From: Bdellovibrionia bacterium
GTDB lineage: Bacteria > Bdellovibrionota > Bdellovibrionia > Bdellovibrionales > JAUICD01
Length of the DNA stretch: 64,000 nucleotides
Reading direction: 5' to 3'
Assembly: GCA_030427965.1 (NCBI GenBank)
Contig: JAUICD010000005.1
Span: forward strand, 19,389-83,388
Numbering within the stretch: the stretch's first letter is position 1; each line of letters opens with the position of its first letter. Shown here in pieces: positions 27,994-38,384 of the stretch. The position numbers and the translations under genes were made by a program. The notes below the pieces were generated by a model that ran no database searches, was not told the origin of the DNA, and saw only the letters and a program-made list of their open reading frames with translations.

Positions 27994-29661
27994 ATGACAG
28001 AGAAAAAAAAGTCGAATAACTTTCTTTCACATATTATTAAGGCGGACCTCGAGCAAAACCGTGTAAAAAACAATACTGTTATTACACGCTTCCCTCCTGA
28101 ACCCAATGGATACCTTCATATAGGCCACACCAAATCTATATGTTTGAACTTCGGCCTTGCAGAAGAATTTGGCGGGCAATGTCATCTAAGATTTGATGAC
28201 ACAAATCCCGACACTGAAGAAGAAGAATATATAAAAGCGATACAAGAAGATGTAAAATGGCTTGGTTTTGATTGGGGTAAAAACTTATTCTTTGCCTCTG
28301 ATTATTTTGAACAGTTGTATAAATGGGCTCTTGAATTGATTGAGAAAAACCTTGCCTATGTAGATGAACAGAGCATCGAGGAAATAAGAGCCAATCGTGG
28401 CTCTCTTAAAGACCCCGGAAAAAACAGTCCATTTCGAAATCGCTCAGTTGAAGAAAATCTAACTCTATTTGAAAAAATGAAGTCTGGTGGATTTGAAGAA
28501 GGAGAGGCTGTTCTTCGAGCAAAAATTGATATGAAATCACCTAACATGAATTTTCGTGACCCTATACTTTATCGAGTCCGAAAATCTGAACATCCTCGAA
28601 CTGGGGACAAGTGGGTCATTTATCCGATGTATGACTTTGCTCATGGCCAAGAAGATGCCATTGAAAATGTCACTCACTCCATTTGTACACTTGAGTTTGA
28701 GGATCACCGCCCACTCTATGAATGGTTCATTGAAAACCTATCTGTCCCCTCAAAACCCAGACAGTATGAATTTGCACGATTGAATTTAGATTATACCGTT
28801 ATGAGTAAAAGAAAATTACTTGAACTTGTAAAAGAAAACCATGTCGATGGCTGGGATGATCCCCGCATGCCGACAATTCGAGGAATGAAGCGTCGAGGAT
28901 ATCCAGCTTCGGCAATTCGTGAATTTTGTAGTAGAATTGGCGTAACTCGAAAAAACTCAATCATCGCGCTCAGTACTCTTGAAAGTTGTATACGTGAAAA
29001 CCTGGATGAAACTGCTAACAGAGTCATGGCTGTTCTCGACCCCATAAAAGTTGTTATCACAAATTTGAATGACTCCGAAATTCTTGAAGGATCTATCAAC
29101 CCCAAAAATCCCGACCTTGGCAAAAGAAAGATCCCATTTTCAAATACAATCTATATTGAAAGATCTGATTTTATGGAGACCCCCCCACCCAAGTATCACC
29201 GACTCAGTCCAGGCGGAGAAGTTCGTTTACGGTATGCCTATGTCCTTCGATGTGACGAAGTTATCAAGGACGAAAAGGGAGAGGTTATTGAGTTAAGATG
29301 CCAATATTTTCCAGAAACCAAGGGTGGAAAAAAACCCTCAGACGGACGCAAGATAAAGGGTATTGTTCATTGGGTCGATGGAAAAGATCACATAAAAGCA
29401 AACGTACATCTCTATGACCGCCTGTTTTCTGTAGAAAACCCCCTCGGAAACAAAGATGAAGATTATCGAAATTTTTTAAACAAAAATTCACTTGTCACTA
29501 TCAATGATGGTTTGATTGAAAAAAGCTTTCTTGATATGAAGTCTGAATCCCCCTTTCAGTTTGAAAGACTTGGCTACTTTGTTTTAGATTCCAAAACATC
29601 AAATGATGATCAATTCGTTTTCAATCGTACAATTACGCTCAAAGACAATTGGGCAAAATAG
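27994..29661 (+). CDS. glnS: Glutaminyl-tRNA synthetase
   Basis: 555 aa. 'PEPNGYLHIGH' (HIGH motif) and 'VMSKR' (KMSKS motif). Overall GlnRS-like sequence. Confidence 0.95.
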   Translation: MTEKKKSNNFLSHIIKADLEQNRVKNNTVITRFPPEPNGYLHIGHTKSICLNFGLAEEFGGQCHLRFDDTNPDTEEEEYIKAIQEDVKWLGFDWGKNLFFASDYFEQLYKWALELIEKNLAYVDEQSIEEIRANRGSLKDPGKNSPFRNRSVEENLTLFEKMKSGGFEEGEAVLRAKIDMKSPNMNFRDPILYRVRKSEHPRTGDKWVIYPMYDFAHGQEDAIENVTHSICTLEFEDHRPLYEWFIENLSVPSKPRQYEFARLNLDYTVMSKRKLLELVKENHVDGWDDPRMPTIRGMKRRGYPASAIREFCSRIGVTRKNSIIALSTLESCIRENLDETANRVMAVLDPIKVVITNLNDSEILEGSINPKNPDLGKRKIPFSNTIYIERSDFMETPPPKYHRLSPGGEVRLRYAYVLRCDEVIKDEKGEVIELRCQYFPETKGGKKPSDGRKIKGIVHWVDGKDHIKANVHLYDRLFSVENPLGNKDEDYRNFLNKNSLVTINDGLIEKSFLDMKSESPFQFERLGYFVLDSKTSNDDQFVFNRTITLKDNWAK

Positions 29662-29745
29662 TGTAATTATAGTAGTTCTTTATTTTTAAAATCTCGCATC
29701 CATTTTGAAATGGGTCTACAACAGTGTTGGCCTTTGATCCACTTT

Positions 29746-30261
29746 CTATAGAATTTCAAAAGTCCCAAGCTCTTTATTTTTTCTTACATTTGGAACATTG
29801 AATAATTGTCCATGGAATGAGATATAATATCCCTTTGATACAATTTGGCTTGCATACAAAGCTTCAGTGAAGTTTTGTATAGCATCTGAGTCGCTAAATC
29901 CAGCAGGCTTCATAGCACCTGTAAATACAACTGGAACATCAACCTCTGGATACATCTCAAAACAATATTTTGCAGAAACTTCCATTGTGTCAGTTCCATG
30001 AATGACAATAATAGGTGAACCAAAGTGATTCAACGATTCAATTTTAGAGCGAATTTTTTCTCGATCGACATCATTCATGTCAAGAGAGTCTTTTGACATA
30101 ACTTTGATAACATCCACTTCCAGGTGTGGAAGCCTTAAGTGCTTCAAAAGTCTTGGCTTTACAAGAGAAACTTTATTTTCAATATACCCACCTTGCTCGT
30201 TGTAGGTTTTTTCTATTGTTCCACCTGTAGCTAGGACAAATAATTTTTTCAAAAAACTCAA
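29746..30261 (-). CDS. Single-domain asparaginase/glutaminase-family protein (N-terminal domain only)
   Basis: 171 aa. 'LATGGTIE' and 'HGTDTME' are catalytic-Thr motifs. Its start overlaps the icd stop by 4 nt. Confidence 0.65.
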   Translation of the reverse strand: MSFLKKLFVLATGGTIEKTYNEQGGYIENKVSLVKPRLLKHLRLPHLEVDVIKVMSKDSLDMNDVDREKIRSKIESLNHFGSPIIVIHGTDTMEVSAKYCFEMYPEVDVPVVFTGAMKPAGFSDSDAIQNFTEALYASQIVSKGYYISFHGQLFNVPNVRKNKELGTFEIL

Positions 30262-32468
30262 CCTATAAGCGAATTCAAAGTCGCACTTGGTCTCATAGCT
30301 TTTCTGACCCTCTCATCATTGGGGTGATAGTATCCTCCCATGTCCACTGAATGCCCTTGGACAGAGTTGAGCTCTTCAATGATTTTTGATTCGTTTTCTT
30401 CAAGGTTTTTGGCCAATTCAGAAAACGCTCCCTTTAATTCAGTATTTTCATTTTGTGTCGCCAGGGCCTGTGCCCAATAAAGTGCTAGATAAAAATGACT
30501 GCCACGATTATCCAACTCACCCACTTTGCGAGACGGGGACTTATCCATCTTTAAAAACTGACCATTGGCTTCATCAAGAGCCTTAGCAAGAATCACAGCC
30601 TTATCGTTTTCTTTTCCGATATCTTCTAATGAGACGGCAAGAGCTAAAAACTCACCAAGTGAATCCCAACGCAAATGGTTTTCTTTTACAAATTGCTGAA
30701 CATGCTTGGGTGCAGAGCCCCCAGCACCAGTTTCATAAAGCCCTCCTCCAGCTAAAAGTGGAACGATTGAAAGCATTTTAGCACTTGTTCCAAGTTCTAG
30801 AATAGGAAATAAATCTGTTAGATAATCTCTAAGAACATTACCTGTTACAGAAATTGTATCCTCCCCATTCTTCACCCTTTCAAGAGTGTATTTTACTGCC
30901 TCAACAGGGGAGAGAATTTTTACTTCAAGATCACTTGTATCTAAGTTCTCCAAAGCTCCTTTTACTTTTTCAATCAGGTTACGATCATGAGCTCGGGCTT
31001 CATCAAGCCAAAAGATTGCAGGTGAACCCGTTGCTCGAGCTCTCTGAGTCGCTAACCTTATCCAATCTTGAATGGCAACGTCTTTTGTTTGACACATTCT
31101 CCAGATGTCACCAACTTCCACATCATGTTCAATCAGCACCTCTCCGGACTTATCTACAACCTGTACCTTACCTGCTTCTTGTATCCAAAATGTCTTATCG
31201 TGTGATCCATACTCTTCAGCTTTTTTTGCCATAAGACCAACGTTAGACACACTCCCCATTGTTTTCACATCAAATGCTCCATTTCTTTTACAAAACGAAA
31301 TGGTTTCAGCATAAACACCTGAATAACAACGGTCTGGTATCACAGCTTTCATATCTTGCAGTTTTCCTTCAGCATTCCACATTTGACCAGATGTACGAAT
31401 AGCTGCTGGCATTGAGGCATCAATGATAACATCACTTGGTACATGAAGGTTTGTGATTCCCCTGTCTGAATCCACCATAGCAAGAGATGGACCATTCACA
31501 TAACACTCAGAGATATCCTCCTCAATTTCCTCTCTTTTATTTTCTGGTAGATTTTGAATCTTATTTAGAACATCACCAAGACCGTTTCTGGCATCAACAC
31601 CAATTGTATCAAACGTATCTTTGTATTTTTCAAAAACAGGTTTAAAAAAAACCTTCACTGCTTCTCCAAAAATAATTGGATCCGACACCTTCATCATCGT
31701 AGCTTTCATATGAATCGAGAAGAGAACATTTTCTTTTTTTGCAGATTCAATTTCCTTTTCCAAAAATTCACTTAAAGACCTTTGTCTCATCACAGAAGCA
31801 TCAATCACTTCAGATTCCAAAAGCGGGCTAGAGTCCTTGAGAGTTCTCTTTTCTCCTGCAGAGTTTATAAATTCTATCGAATATTCTGTGTCACCTTTAA
31901 CAACAACAGATTTTTCGCTCCCATAAAAATCACCACTTTCCATTGAGGCAACATGAGATTTTGATTTTTCTGACCAAGCACCCATTGAGTGAGGGTTGTC
32001 TTTTGCATATTGCTTCACAGGAGCTGCAACTCTTCGGTCTGAGTTTCCCTCTCTAAGTACGGGGTTCACAGCACTTCCCAAGACTTTTGCATACCGCGCA
32101 CGAACCTCTTCCTCTTTTGCGCCACTTGGCTCTTCTGGATAACTGGGTATTTTATAACCCTGAGATTGAAGTTCAGAAATAGCCGCTTTCAATTGAGGAA
32201 TGGATGCACTGATATTGGGAAGTTTGATAATATTTGCTTCTGGTGATTTAGCAAGCTCCCCAAGTTCCGACAGAGCATCTGGCTGCCTCTGTGCTTCCGT
32301 CAAATCTTCTGGAAAGTGAGCTAGTATTCTTCCCGCCAATGAGATATCTTTAAGTTCAACCTCAATTCCCGCGGCACTTGCAAATTTACGAATAATTGGC
32401 AAAAAAGACTGTGTTGCCAATGCTGGTGCTTCGTCGGTTTTTGTATAAATAATTCGTGATTGTGCCAT
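30258..32468 (-). CDS. icd: Monomeric-type NADP-dependent isocitrate dehydrogenase
   Basis: 736 aa. The N-terminus '[15 protein letters not shown]' and the length are diagnostic of monomeric IDH. Confidence 0.95.
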   Translation of the reverse strand: MAQSRIIYTKTDEAPALATQSFLPIIRKFASAAGIEVELKDISLAGRILAHFPEDLTEAQRQPDALSELGELAKSPEANIIKLPNISASIPQLKAAISELQSQGYKIPSYPEEPSGAKEEEVRARYAKVLGSAVNPVLREGNSDRRVAAPVKQYAKDNPHSMGAWSEKSKSHVASMESGDFYGSEKSVVVKGDTEYSIEFINSAGEKRTLKDSSPLLESEVIDASVMRQRSLSEFLEKEIESAKKENVLFSIHMKATMMKVSDPIIFGEAVKVFFKPVFEKYKDTFDTIGVDARNGLGDVLNKIQNLPENKREEIEEDISECYVNGPSLAMVDSDRGITNLHVPSDVIIDASMPAAIRTSGQMWNAEGKLQDMKAVIPDRCYSGVYAETISFCKRNGAFDVKTMGSVSNVGLMAKKAEEYGSHDKTFWIQEAGKVQVVDKSGEVLIEHDVEVGDIWRMCQTKDVAIQDWIRLATQRARATGSPAIFWLDEARAHDRNLIEKVKGALENLDTSDLEVKILSPVEAVKYTLERVKNGEDTISVTGNVLRDYLTDLFPILELGTSAKMLSIVPLLAGGGLYETGAGGSAPKHVQQFVKENHLRWDSLGEFLALAVSLEDIGKENDKAVILAKALDEANGQFLKMDKSPSRKVGELDNRGSHFYLALYWAQALATQNENTELKGAFSELAKNLEENESKIIEELNSVQGHSVDMGGYYHPNDERVRKAMRPSATLNSLIG

Positions 32469-32740
32469 TTCTCATCCCAGGAATATTGTTGATCATTGAA
32501 CCTCTACTTCTACCAAACACAGGGAACTGCCATCAACAAATTCAAGCTTTGTGGCTCTGATGTCTGCGACACAGGCCGTCAGTTACGCTTTGCTATCAAG
32601 CGCAAGACACAAGAGAGGAGATTCCGACTAAGAGGCTCTGTTCCAAATTCTTCAGTATTTCTCGAATTTCATTTTTTAAGTTTTTTGAAATACCCATTTC
32701 TTGAATACTAGCCCTATTCTGAGTATAAAATCAGCACCTT

Positions 32741-33814
32741 TTGACAGCAAATGCCCACAAGATACCTAGAGAGGCTTTCAAAACGCATATGAACTTTATA
32801 AAAGTGAATTACAAAGATCCACATCGCGAAAGAACTCGCATATTGTTAAAAAACCACCCGGAAGTAAAAGAACTATTTGGACCAACTCTTATCTCCCTCC
32901 CAATTGGAGCACTCATAGTTACCCTCCACACCCTTATTGCCTGGCATGTTCGCGACCAAAGCATCTGGCTTTCACTCATTTTAGCTTTATGTCTTGGGGC
33001 ATTTTTTCAACATACACTTTTTGTTCTGATACACGAATGTGCCCACGATCTTGTTTTTAAAAAGAAAATACACAATAGATTGTTTTCAATTTTTATAAAC
33101 TTAGTTGGCTTTGTCCCCTCTGCTATTGCATTTCGTGAGTACCACCTTCTCCACCATCGATTTCAAGGAGATCTCAACTGGGATGCAGACCTTCCTGGTA
33201 CAAAAGAGGCAAAAACCGTTGGAAACTCTTGGTGGAAAAAAGCCCTTTGGCTTGCCAACTTTTCAATTATTGAAGGTGTTTTTAGACCTATCAGGCTCAA
33301 TAAAGTTCCACTTTTTACAAGCTGGGGAATTTTCAATCTTTTTACCACATTAGGATTCAATATTCTGATTGTTTACTTTGGAGGCTGGAATTCACTTTTG
33401 TATCTTGCTGTTTCTCTTTACTTTTCAATTGGACTTCACCCCTTAGGTGGCCGATGGATACAAGAACACTTTGTTTTTCACCCTAACCAAGAAACATATT
33501 CCTATTACGGTCCGCTCAACATTCTCTCTCTCAATGTGGGATATCACAATGAACACCATGATCTCATGTATGTTCCTTGGATCAACTTACCTAAAATCAA
33601 AAAAGCGGCACCTGAAATTTACGACTCTCTGCGCTCACACAGTTCTCTCACTGCTCTTGTTTGGAAATTTATTTTTGACCCAAAACTCTCTCTCTACAAC
33701 CGAGTCATCAGGGATGGGGGGCCAGCAAGTGGGACAAAAACAACGGCCACTGTAGACAAGGAAAACCTAACGGAACTCGGCCCACTGCAATTTCAAGACA
33801 CACAGAGCTCTTAG
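32741..33814 (+). CDS. Sphingolipid delta-4 desaturase (DES1/DEGS-like) family membrane desaturase
   Basis: His boxes 'HECAHD', 'HLLHH' and 'HNEHH'. '[10 protein letters not shown]' and '[10 protein letters not shown]' are near-identical to animal DEGS1. The start is uncertain: TTG 32741 or ATG 32789. Confidence 0.85.
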   Translation: [357 protein letters not shown]

Positions 33815-33831
33815 AAATTTAAGGCCCGTCT

Positions 33832-34317
33832 TCACTCTTCACCCTCAAAATAATCAGTTTTATTATCCATTTTTGAAATGTGCTTGAAATCCAAGTTTTC
33901 AAAGTCCCCAACCATAGACATCACCTTATTGGAATCAGGGTATTCAACGATCTCTTTTTGTTCCATTGTACTCAAGGAAATGTACTTCAGGTCTTCACTA
34001 CCCGTATTGACAATCTGATGAGCAACCTCTCGCCCACCAGGAGGGCATGCAATAAAATCATTTTTCCGAACAGGGTATTCACTGTCACCAAATCTCAACT
34101 TCCCTTCACCCTCTAAAATAAAAAACATCTCTTCATTGATCCAATGGTTGTGAAATGGACATACCATTTTACCTGGAGGCACTACAGTGAGTGAGTATCC
34201 CAGTTTTTTTGCACCAATTTTTTCACCTATCAGGGCATAACTGCTCTGAAACTTCCCTCTCTCATGAGAATGAAACTCTGTAAGCTCATCCATATTAATC
34301 ACTGGTTTCATGCTCAC
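33832..34317 (-). CDS. Cupin-domain protein
   Basis: 161 aa. 'HNHWINEEMFFILEGEG' is a cupin motif 1-like sequence. Confidence 0.7.
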   Translation of the reverse strand: MSMKPVINMDELTEFHSHERGKFQSSYALIGEKIGAKKLGYSLTVVPPGKMVCPFHNHWINEEMFFILEGEGKLRFGDSEYPVRKNDFIACPPGGREVAHQIVNTGSEDLKYISLSTMEQKEIVEYPDSNKVMSMVGDFENLDFKHISKMDNKTDYFEGEE

Positions 34318-34320
34318 CTC

Positions 34321-34740
34321 TCAGTTGCCAGAATATTTTGCAAAAACCTCTGGACCTGTCATATTTTGTGTTTGATTTGAAAACTCATAATACTCAGGTT
34401 TTTCATCAATAAAGACTTGATGGTCAAACTCGAAGGTTTTTTCAATATAAATTCCAGCAGACACAATGTACTGCCCACTTTCTTTCAAGCGATAAAAAAG
34501 GTGAGTCCCACATGATTTACAAAAACCTCTTTCAGCCCAATCCGAAGAATTGTAAACCTGAATATCTTTTTGTCCCTTGATTTCAATTTCAGTCCCACAA
34601 TCCACAGCAAAAAAAGGGCCACCACCCCAGGTACGACAAGTGGTACAGTGACACGCACCCAAATGTTTCAATTGCGGAGTTGCCGTAATCTGAACAGCAC
34701 CACATAAACATTTCCCGTCTATTCGTTCTTTATTTGCCAA
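34321..34740 (-). CDS. GFA/CENP-V family zinc protein (glutathione-dependent formaldehyde-activating enzyme-like)
   Basis: 139 aa. Cys ligand pattern 'CLCGAV', 'CHCTTC' and 'CKSCGTHLF'. Confidence 0.8.
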   Translation of the reverse strand: MANKERIDGKCLCGAVQITATPQLKHLGACHCTTCRTWGGGPFFAVDCGTEIEIKGQKDIQVYNSSDWAERGFCKSCGTHLFYRLKESGQYIVSAGIYIEKTFEFDHQVFIDEKPEYYEFSNQTQNMTGPEVFAKYSGN

Positions 34741-34871
34741 ACCTTCTCCTCTCGTAAATATTACAGAGATCTCATAACAGATTATGTGAACTATTCAAAT
34801 CCATTCTTTCTAAAACCCAAATCTTATGGTTGAATGCTTTCTACAATTTGTAAAAAAGCCCCCTAAAAGGA

Positions 34872-36302
34872 ATGTCATTGGTGAATCATACATATCAAAA
34901 GCTTTCCACAAGGTTTTATAAAAAATCTCAAGCAGATAAAATACCCAAACCTCAATTGATACAATTCAATCATGAGCTTGCAGACTTCTTAAACCTTGAT
35001 TTAAAGAACACGCCTGAACAAGAACTGGCCAGGTTATTTTCTGGACAAACTCAGCTGAAAAACTCCAAACCAATCGCAATTGTATATGCTGGACACCAAT
35101 TTGGTCACTTTGTTCCTCAACTCGGAGATGGCCGAGCACTCTTACTTGGAGACACTCTTGCGAAAGACAAAAAAACCTACGACCTACAACTCAAAGGTTC
35201 CGGCCCCACTCCCTTTTCTAGAGGTGGAGATGGAAAGTCCCCCGTCGGCCCCGTAATACGCGAATATATCTTATCTGAGTTTATGTACAAAATGGATGTT
35301 CCAACTACCCGTGCCCTTGCAGCTGTTGAAACCGGAGAGACTATTACTCGCCAACGCACTCACCCTGGAGCAATTTTTACTCGAGTTGCTGAAAGTCACA
35401 TCCGAATTGGAACTTTTGAGTATTTTGCATATCAAGGTGACAAAGAAAGTTTAGAAAAACTTCTCAATTACTCAATTGAGAGACACTACCCTCATCTAGT
35501 AAGTACCAAATCTCCTGCCAATGATTTTTTAAATGCCGTTACTATCAAAACCGCTCAACTCATAGCAAAATGGATGTCGATTGGATTTATCCATGGAGTT
35601 ATGAATACAGACAATACATCAATAGGAGGGTTTACAATTGATTTTGGTCCATGTGCATTTATGGACGACTTTCGATTTGATAAAGTCTTTAGTTCAATTG
35701 ACAGACATGGAAGATACGCTTTTCATAATCAACCCTCTGTTGCTGTTTGGAATTTAGAGCGATTGAAAGACTCACTCTCAGTACTTGCTGATGAAGATTT
35801 GAATTCAATTACTGAAACTTTTACTTCCGAATTCAATAAATCATGGATTCAATTGATGGGGAATAAACTTGGAATTCAAGAGCCCTCTAACGAAGATTCT
35901 GATATCATCGATATGTTTTTGCTGTACTTACAAAAAGAAAAGCTCGATTTCACTCACAGTTTCAGAAACCTTTCTGAACTACTTAAAGATGACTCAAGTA
36001 AGGTTTTTCCAAAAACTGATGAGTTTGAAACGTTTTACTTGGCTTGGAAAAGACGTCTAAGCGATCAAAATACTCATATTTCCAAATCTATGGCTTTGAT
36101 GGATTCCAAAAACCCAATCTATATTGCAAGAAACCACATTGTTGAAAAGTGCATAAACCAAGCTGAGAATAAAGATTACACTTTTTTTAATGAATTAAAT
36201 GAGGTTTTAAAAGATCCCTTTACCAAAAGAGAGGGCTTTGAAGCCTTTGCCTCCCCACCCCAAAAAAATGAAGTCATAGAACACACATTTTGTGGAACTT
36301 AA
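34872..36302 (+). CDS. selO: SelO/YdiU family protein adenylyltransferase (AMPylase pseudokinase fold)
   Basis: 476 aa. 'YAGHQFGHFVPQLGDGRA', 'LKGSGPTPFSR' and 'HGVMNTDN'. The C-terminus ends '...FCGT'. Confidence 0.9.
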   Translation: MSLVNHTYQKLSTRFYKKSQADKIPKPQLIQFNHELADFLNLDLKNTPEQELARLFSGQTQLKNSKPIAIVYAGHQFGHFVPQLGDGRALLLGDTLAKDKKTYDLQLKGSGPTPFSRGGDGKSPVGPVIREYILSEFMYKMDVPTTRALAAVETGETITRQRTHPGAIFTRVAESHIRIGTFEYFAYQGDKESLEKLLNYSIERHYPHLVSTKSPANDFLNAVTIKTAQLIAKWMSIGFIHGVMNTDNTSIGGFTIDFGPCAFMDDFRFDKVFSSIDRHGRYAFHNQPSVAVWNLERLKDSLSVLADEDLNSITETFTSEFNKSWIQLMGNKLGIQEPSNEDSDIIDMFLLYLQKEKLDFTHSFRNLSELLKDDSSKVFPKTDEFETFYLAWKRRLSDQNTHISKSMALMDSKNPIYIARNHIVEKCINQAENKDYTFFNELNEVLKDPFTKREGFEAFASPPQKNEVIEHTFCGT

Positions 36303-36338
36303 AAAAAAAGTCGGTTCAAACTGAAGCCGACCTTTTTT
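36301..36338. terminator. Bidirectional intrinsic terminator
   Basis: A9 tract, then the stem gtcggttca / tgaagccgac (one bulge), then a T6 tract. It lies between convergent genes. Confidence 0.6.
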
Positions 36339-36364
36339 AGAAAAGAAAAATTTGTTTCAACCTA

Positions 36365-37117
36365 TCAGTCTATTGAACTCGATAATTCAATGGATAAGTC
36401 ATACAACGATCGAGCACGCTCTATCAGTCTATAACTCGCACGCCGATCATTCTGTACACCATAATAAACACTAGAAGCCAGCCGCTCCATTGAGTCCATA
36501 TAAGATTCAACAGTGTCAATATCAACATTGGATCTCAAAAGTTCAGAGTCCAAATAATCTGAGTATGTCATCAAGTCTCGAATATCACTCAGTACCCTTG
36601 TTGCACGTGAAAGCTCTTCACGAACTGCTGAATCTAAATACAGTGCTTGAGAGCGCAAACGTGAATTCAACTGACGAACTCTTGCAACGTCAATTTTAGA
36701 TTTTGATATGATTGTGATACTTCCCGAACGCAAATGCGCAGGAACCACATCTTCAACTGCATTAAATGAAATCACAGCCATTCCAACTCCTGCATTAAAT
36801 ATCGCAGCATTATAATGGGGCTTGTTTCTTGGTAACTCGTTACCGTCACCACGTGTAACATGTAAGCCATTACCTGATGCACTCCAATACGGTTTAAGTC
36901 TGACCTTTCCAGGCATTCCTCTCAAAAGAACATGGAAGTCATCGCCTTCTTCAATTTCAATTGTTGAACCAGGGCGATGAGTTGAAAAATTCCCATTGAT
37001 ATGGACCCCAAGTTGGACCTTGTCTATGGACTGAAGTGTCGAAGTGGCACCAGCGTTTGAATACATAGCAAGCGCCAGAACGCTCAAAACCAATCCTTTT
37101 ATCGTACTCTTTTTCAT
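36365..37117 (-). CDS. Secreted hypothetical protein
   Basis: 250-aa ORF with a signal peptide ('...LALAMYSNAGA'). The N-terminal half is beta-rich and the C-terminal half is helical. No motif recognised. Confidence 0.5.
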   Translation of the reverse strand: MKKSTIKGLVLSVLALAMYSNAGATSTLQSIDKVQLGVHINGNFSTHRPGSTIEIEEGDDFHVLLRGMPGKVRLKPYWSASGNGLHVTRGDGNELPRNKPHYNAAIFNAGVGMAVISFNAVEDVVPAHLRSGSITIISKSKIDVARVRQLNSRLRSQALYLDSAVREELSRATRVLSDIRDLMTYSDYLDSELLRSNVDIDTVESYMDSMERLASSVYYGVQNDRRASYRLIERARSLYDLSIELSSSID

Positions 37118-37250
37118 TTTTCCCCCTTATTGGTGTCTCGACGACACATATGCTCAACTAGTTGCAAACACTTTGCCAACACATTTATAGGAAATTCAAT
37201 CTTTAAGTATAAATAGTAAAAAATTTTAATCCTGTGGTAACTAGCCTTTC

Positions 37251-38342
37251 ATGAATTCAAAAGACAATCTCTTGGTAAACCTAACTCCTTATGGATGGAA
37301 CAGTGTTCTAGAAAGTCATTTAGATGAAAATGAAGTCCTCGCGCGCCTCACCGCCGTACACCGCAGCGAGTACTTAGCCGTCTCTCACTTAGGTGAATTA
37401 AGATTACAAAATTCAGGGAAATTTGAAAATCAAGACAATCCCCCCAACCCCAGTGTCGGGGATTGGGTAAAAGTCACGCCCCCTTACTTAGATGAAAACA
37501 ACAAACTCTCAAGCCTTTTGCTTAGTGTTTTGCCTCGAAAAACATTTCTTTCCCGACTGGCCCCTGGCTCCAAAATCTCCGAACAGGTGATTGCTTCAAA
37601 TATAGATATCATTTTTATTGCAACATCTGCTAACCAAGAGTTTAGCCTCTCTCGTATTCAAAGATACCTTGTTTTAACTCAAAACGGGGGAATTCAGCCC
37701 GTTATTCTTTTAACAAAATCTGATCTTTGCCAAGATGTTGAGATCTATACCCGCCAAATTAGAAACGCTCTACCCAACATTCCAGTCTCTACGGTCAGCA
37801 CACTCAAAAAAGAAGGCTTTGATGAGTTAAAACCTTATCTCAAAGCAGGAACAACTGTACTTGTTGTAGGGTCATCCGGAGTTGGAAAATCGACTCTGAT
37901 CAACCATCTCATTGGAAAGAATATTCAAGAAACACAAACCATTCGTGATGGCGACAGCAAGGGAAGACATACCACCACATCAAGAGAGATGTTTTTAGCC
38001 CAATTTGGTGGAGTTATAATTGACACTCCCGGATTAAGAGAAATTCAAGTTGTTGGAACAGAAGAAGATCTCAATGTTGTTTTTAGCGAAATCGAAATGC
38101 TTTCAAAGTCTTGCCGATTTGCAGATTGCAAGCATGAATCCGAGCCAAATTGTGCAATTCAAAAAGCACTCACTAAAGGTACACTCTCAAAAGAAAGTTT
38201 TAATAATTTTAAAAAACTCCAAAAAGAACTCGCGTATACAGCTCGCAAACTTGATAAGTCACTTGAATCTAATACAAAAAAAAGATGGAAACAGATTCAC
38301 AAGAATATGAGGCAGAGAAAAAAATTTCAAGATAACACATAG
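37251..38342 (+). CDS. rsgA: Ribosome small-subunit-dependent GTPase A
   Basis: Circularly permuted GTPase motifs 'LTKSDL', 'GSSGVGKSTLIN' and 'DTPG'. C-terminal zinc motif 'CRFADCKHESEPNC'. Confidence 0.9.
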   Translation: MNSKDNLLVNLTPYGWNSVLESHLDENEVLARLTAVHRSEYLAVSHLGELRLQNSGKFENQDNPPNPSVGDWVKVTPPYLDENNKLSSLLLSVLPRKTFLSRLAPGSKISEQVIASNIDIIFIATSANQEFSLSRIQRYLVLTQNGGIQPVILLTKSDLCQDVEIYTRQIRNALPNIPVSTVSTLKKEGFDELKPYLKAGTTVLVVGSSGVGKSTLINHLIGKNIQETQTIRDGDSKGRHTTTSREMFLAQFGGVIIDTPGLREIQVVGTEEDLNVVFSEIEMLSKSCRFADCKHESEPNCAIQKALTKGTLSKESFNNFKKLQKELAYTARKLDKSLESNTKKRWKQIHKNMRQRKKFQDNT

Positions 38343-38376
38343 TTCGCCCAAGGAACTCTTGGACGAACTCATTTTT
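38341..38376 (+). terminator. Intrinsic terminator after rsgA
   Basis: 12-bp stem agttcgcccaag / cttggacgaact with 1 mismatch and a 5-nt loop, followed by 'cattttta'. Confidence 0.55.
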
Positions 38377-38384
38377 ATTGTTCT

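Noticed and set aside
32496-32711. 71-aa ORF in the icd/desaturase intergenic region
   Set aside because: It has a non-ATG start, no RBS and no motif. I treated the region as possible non-coding regulatory sequence instead.
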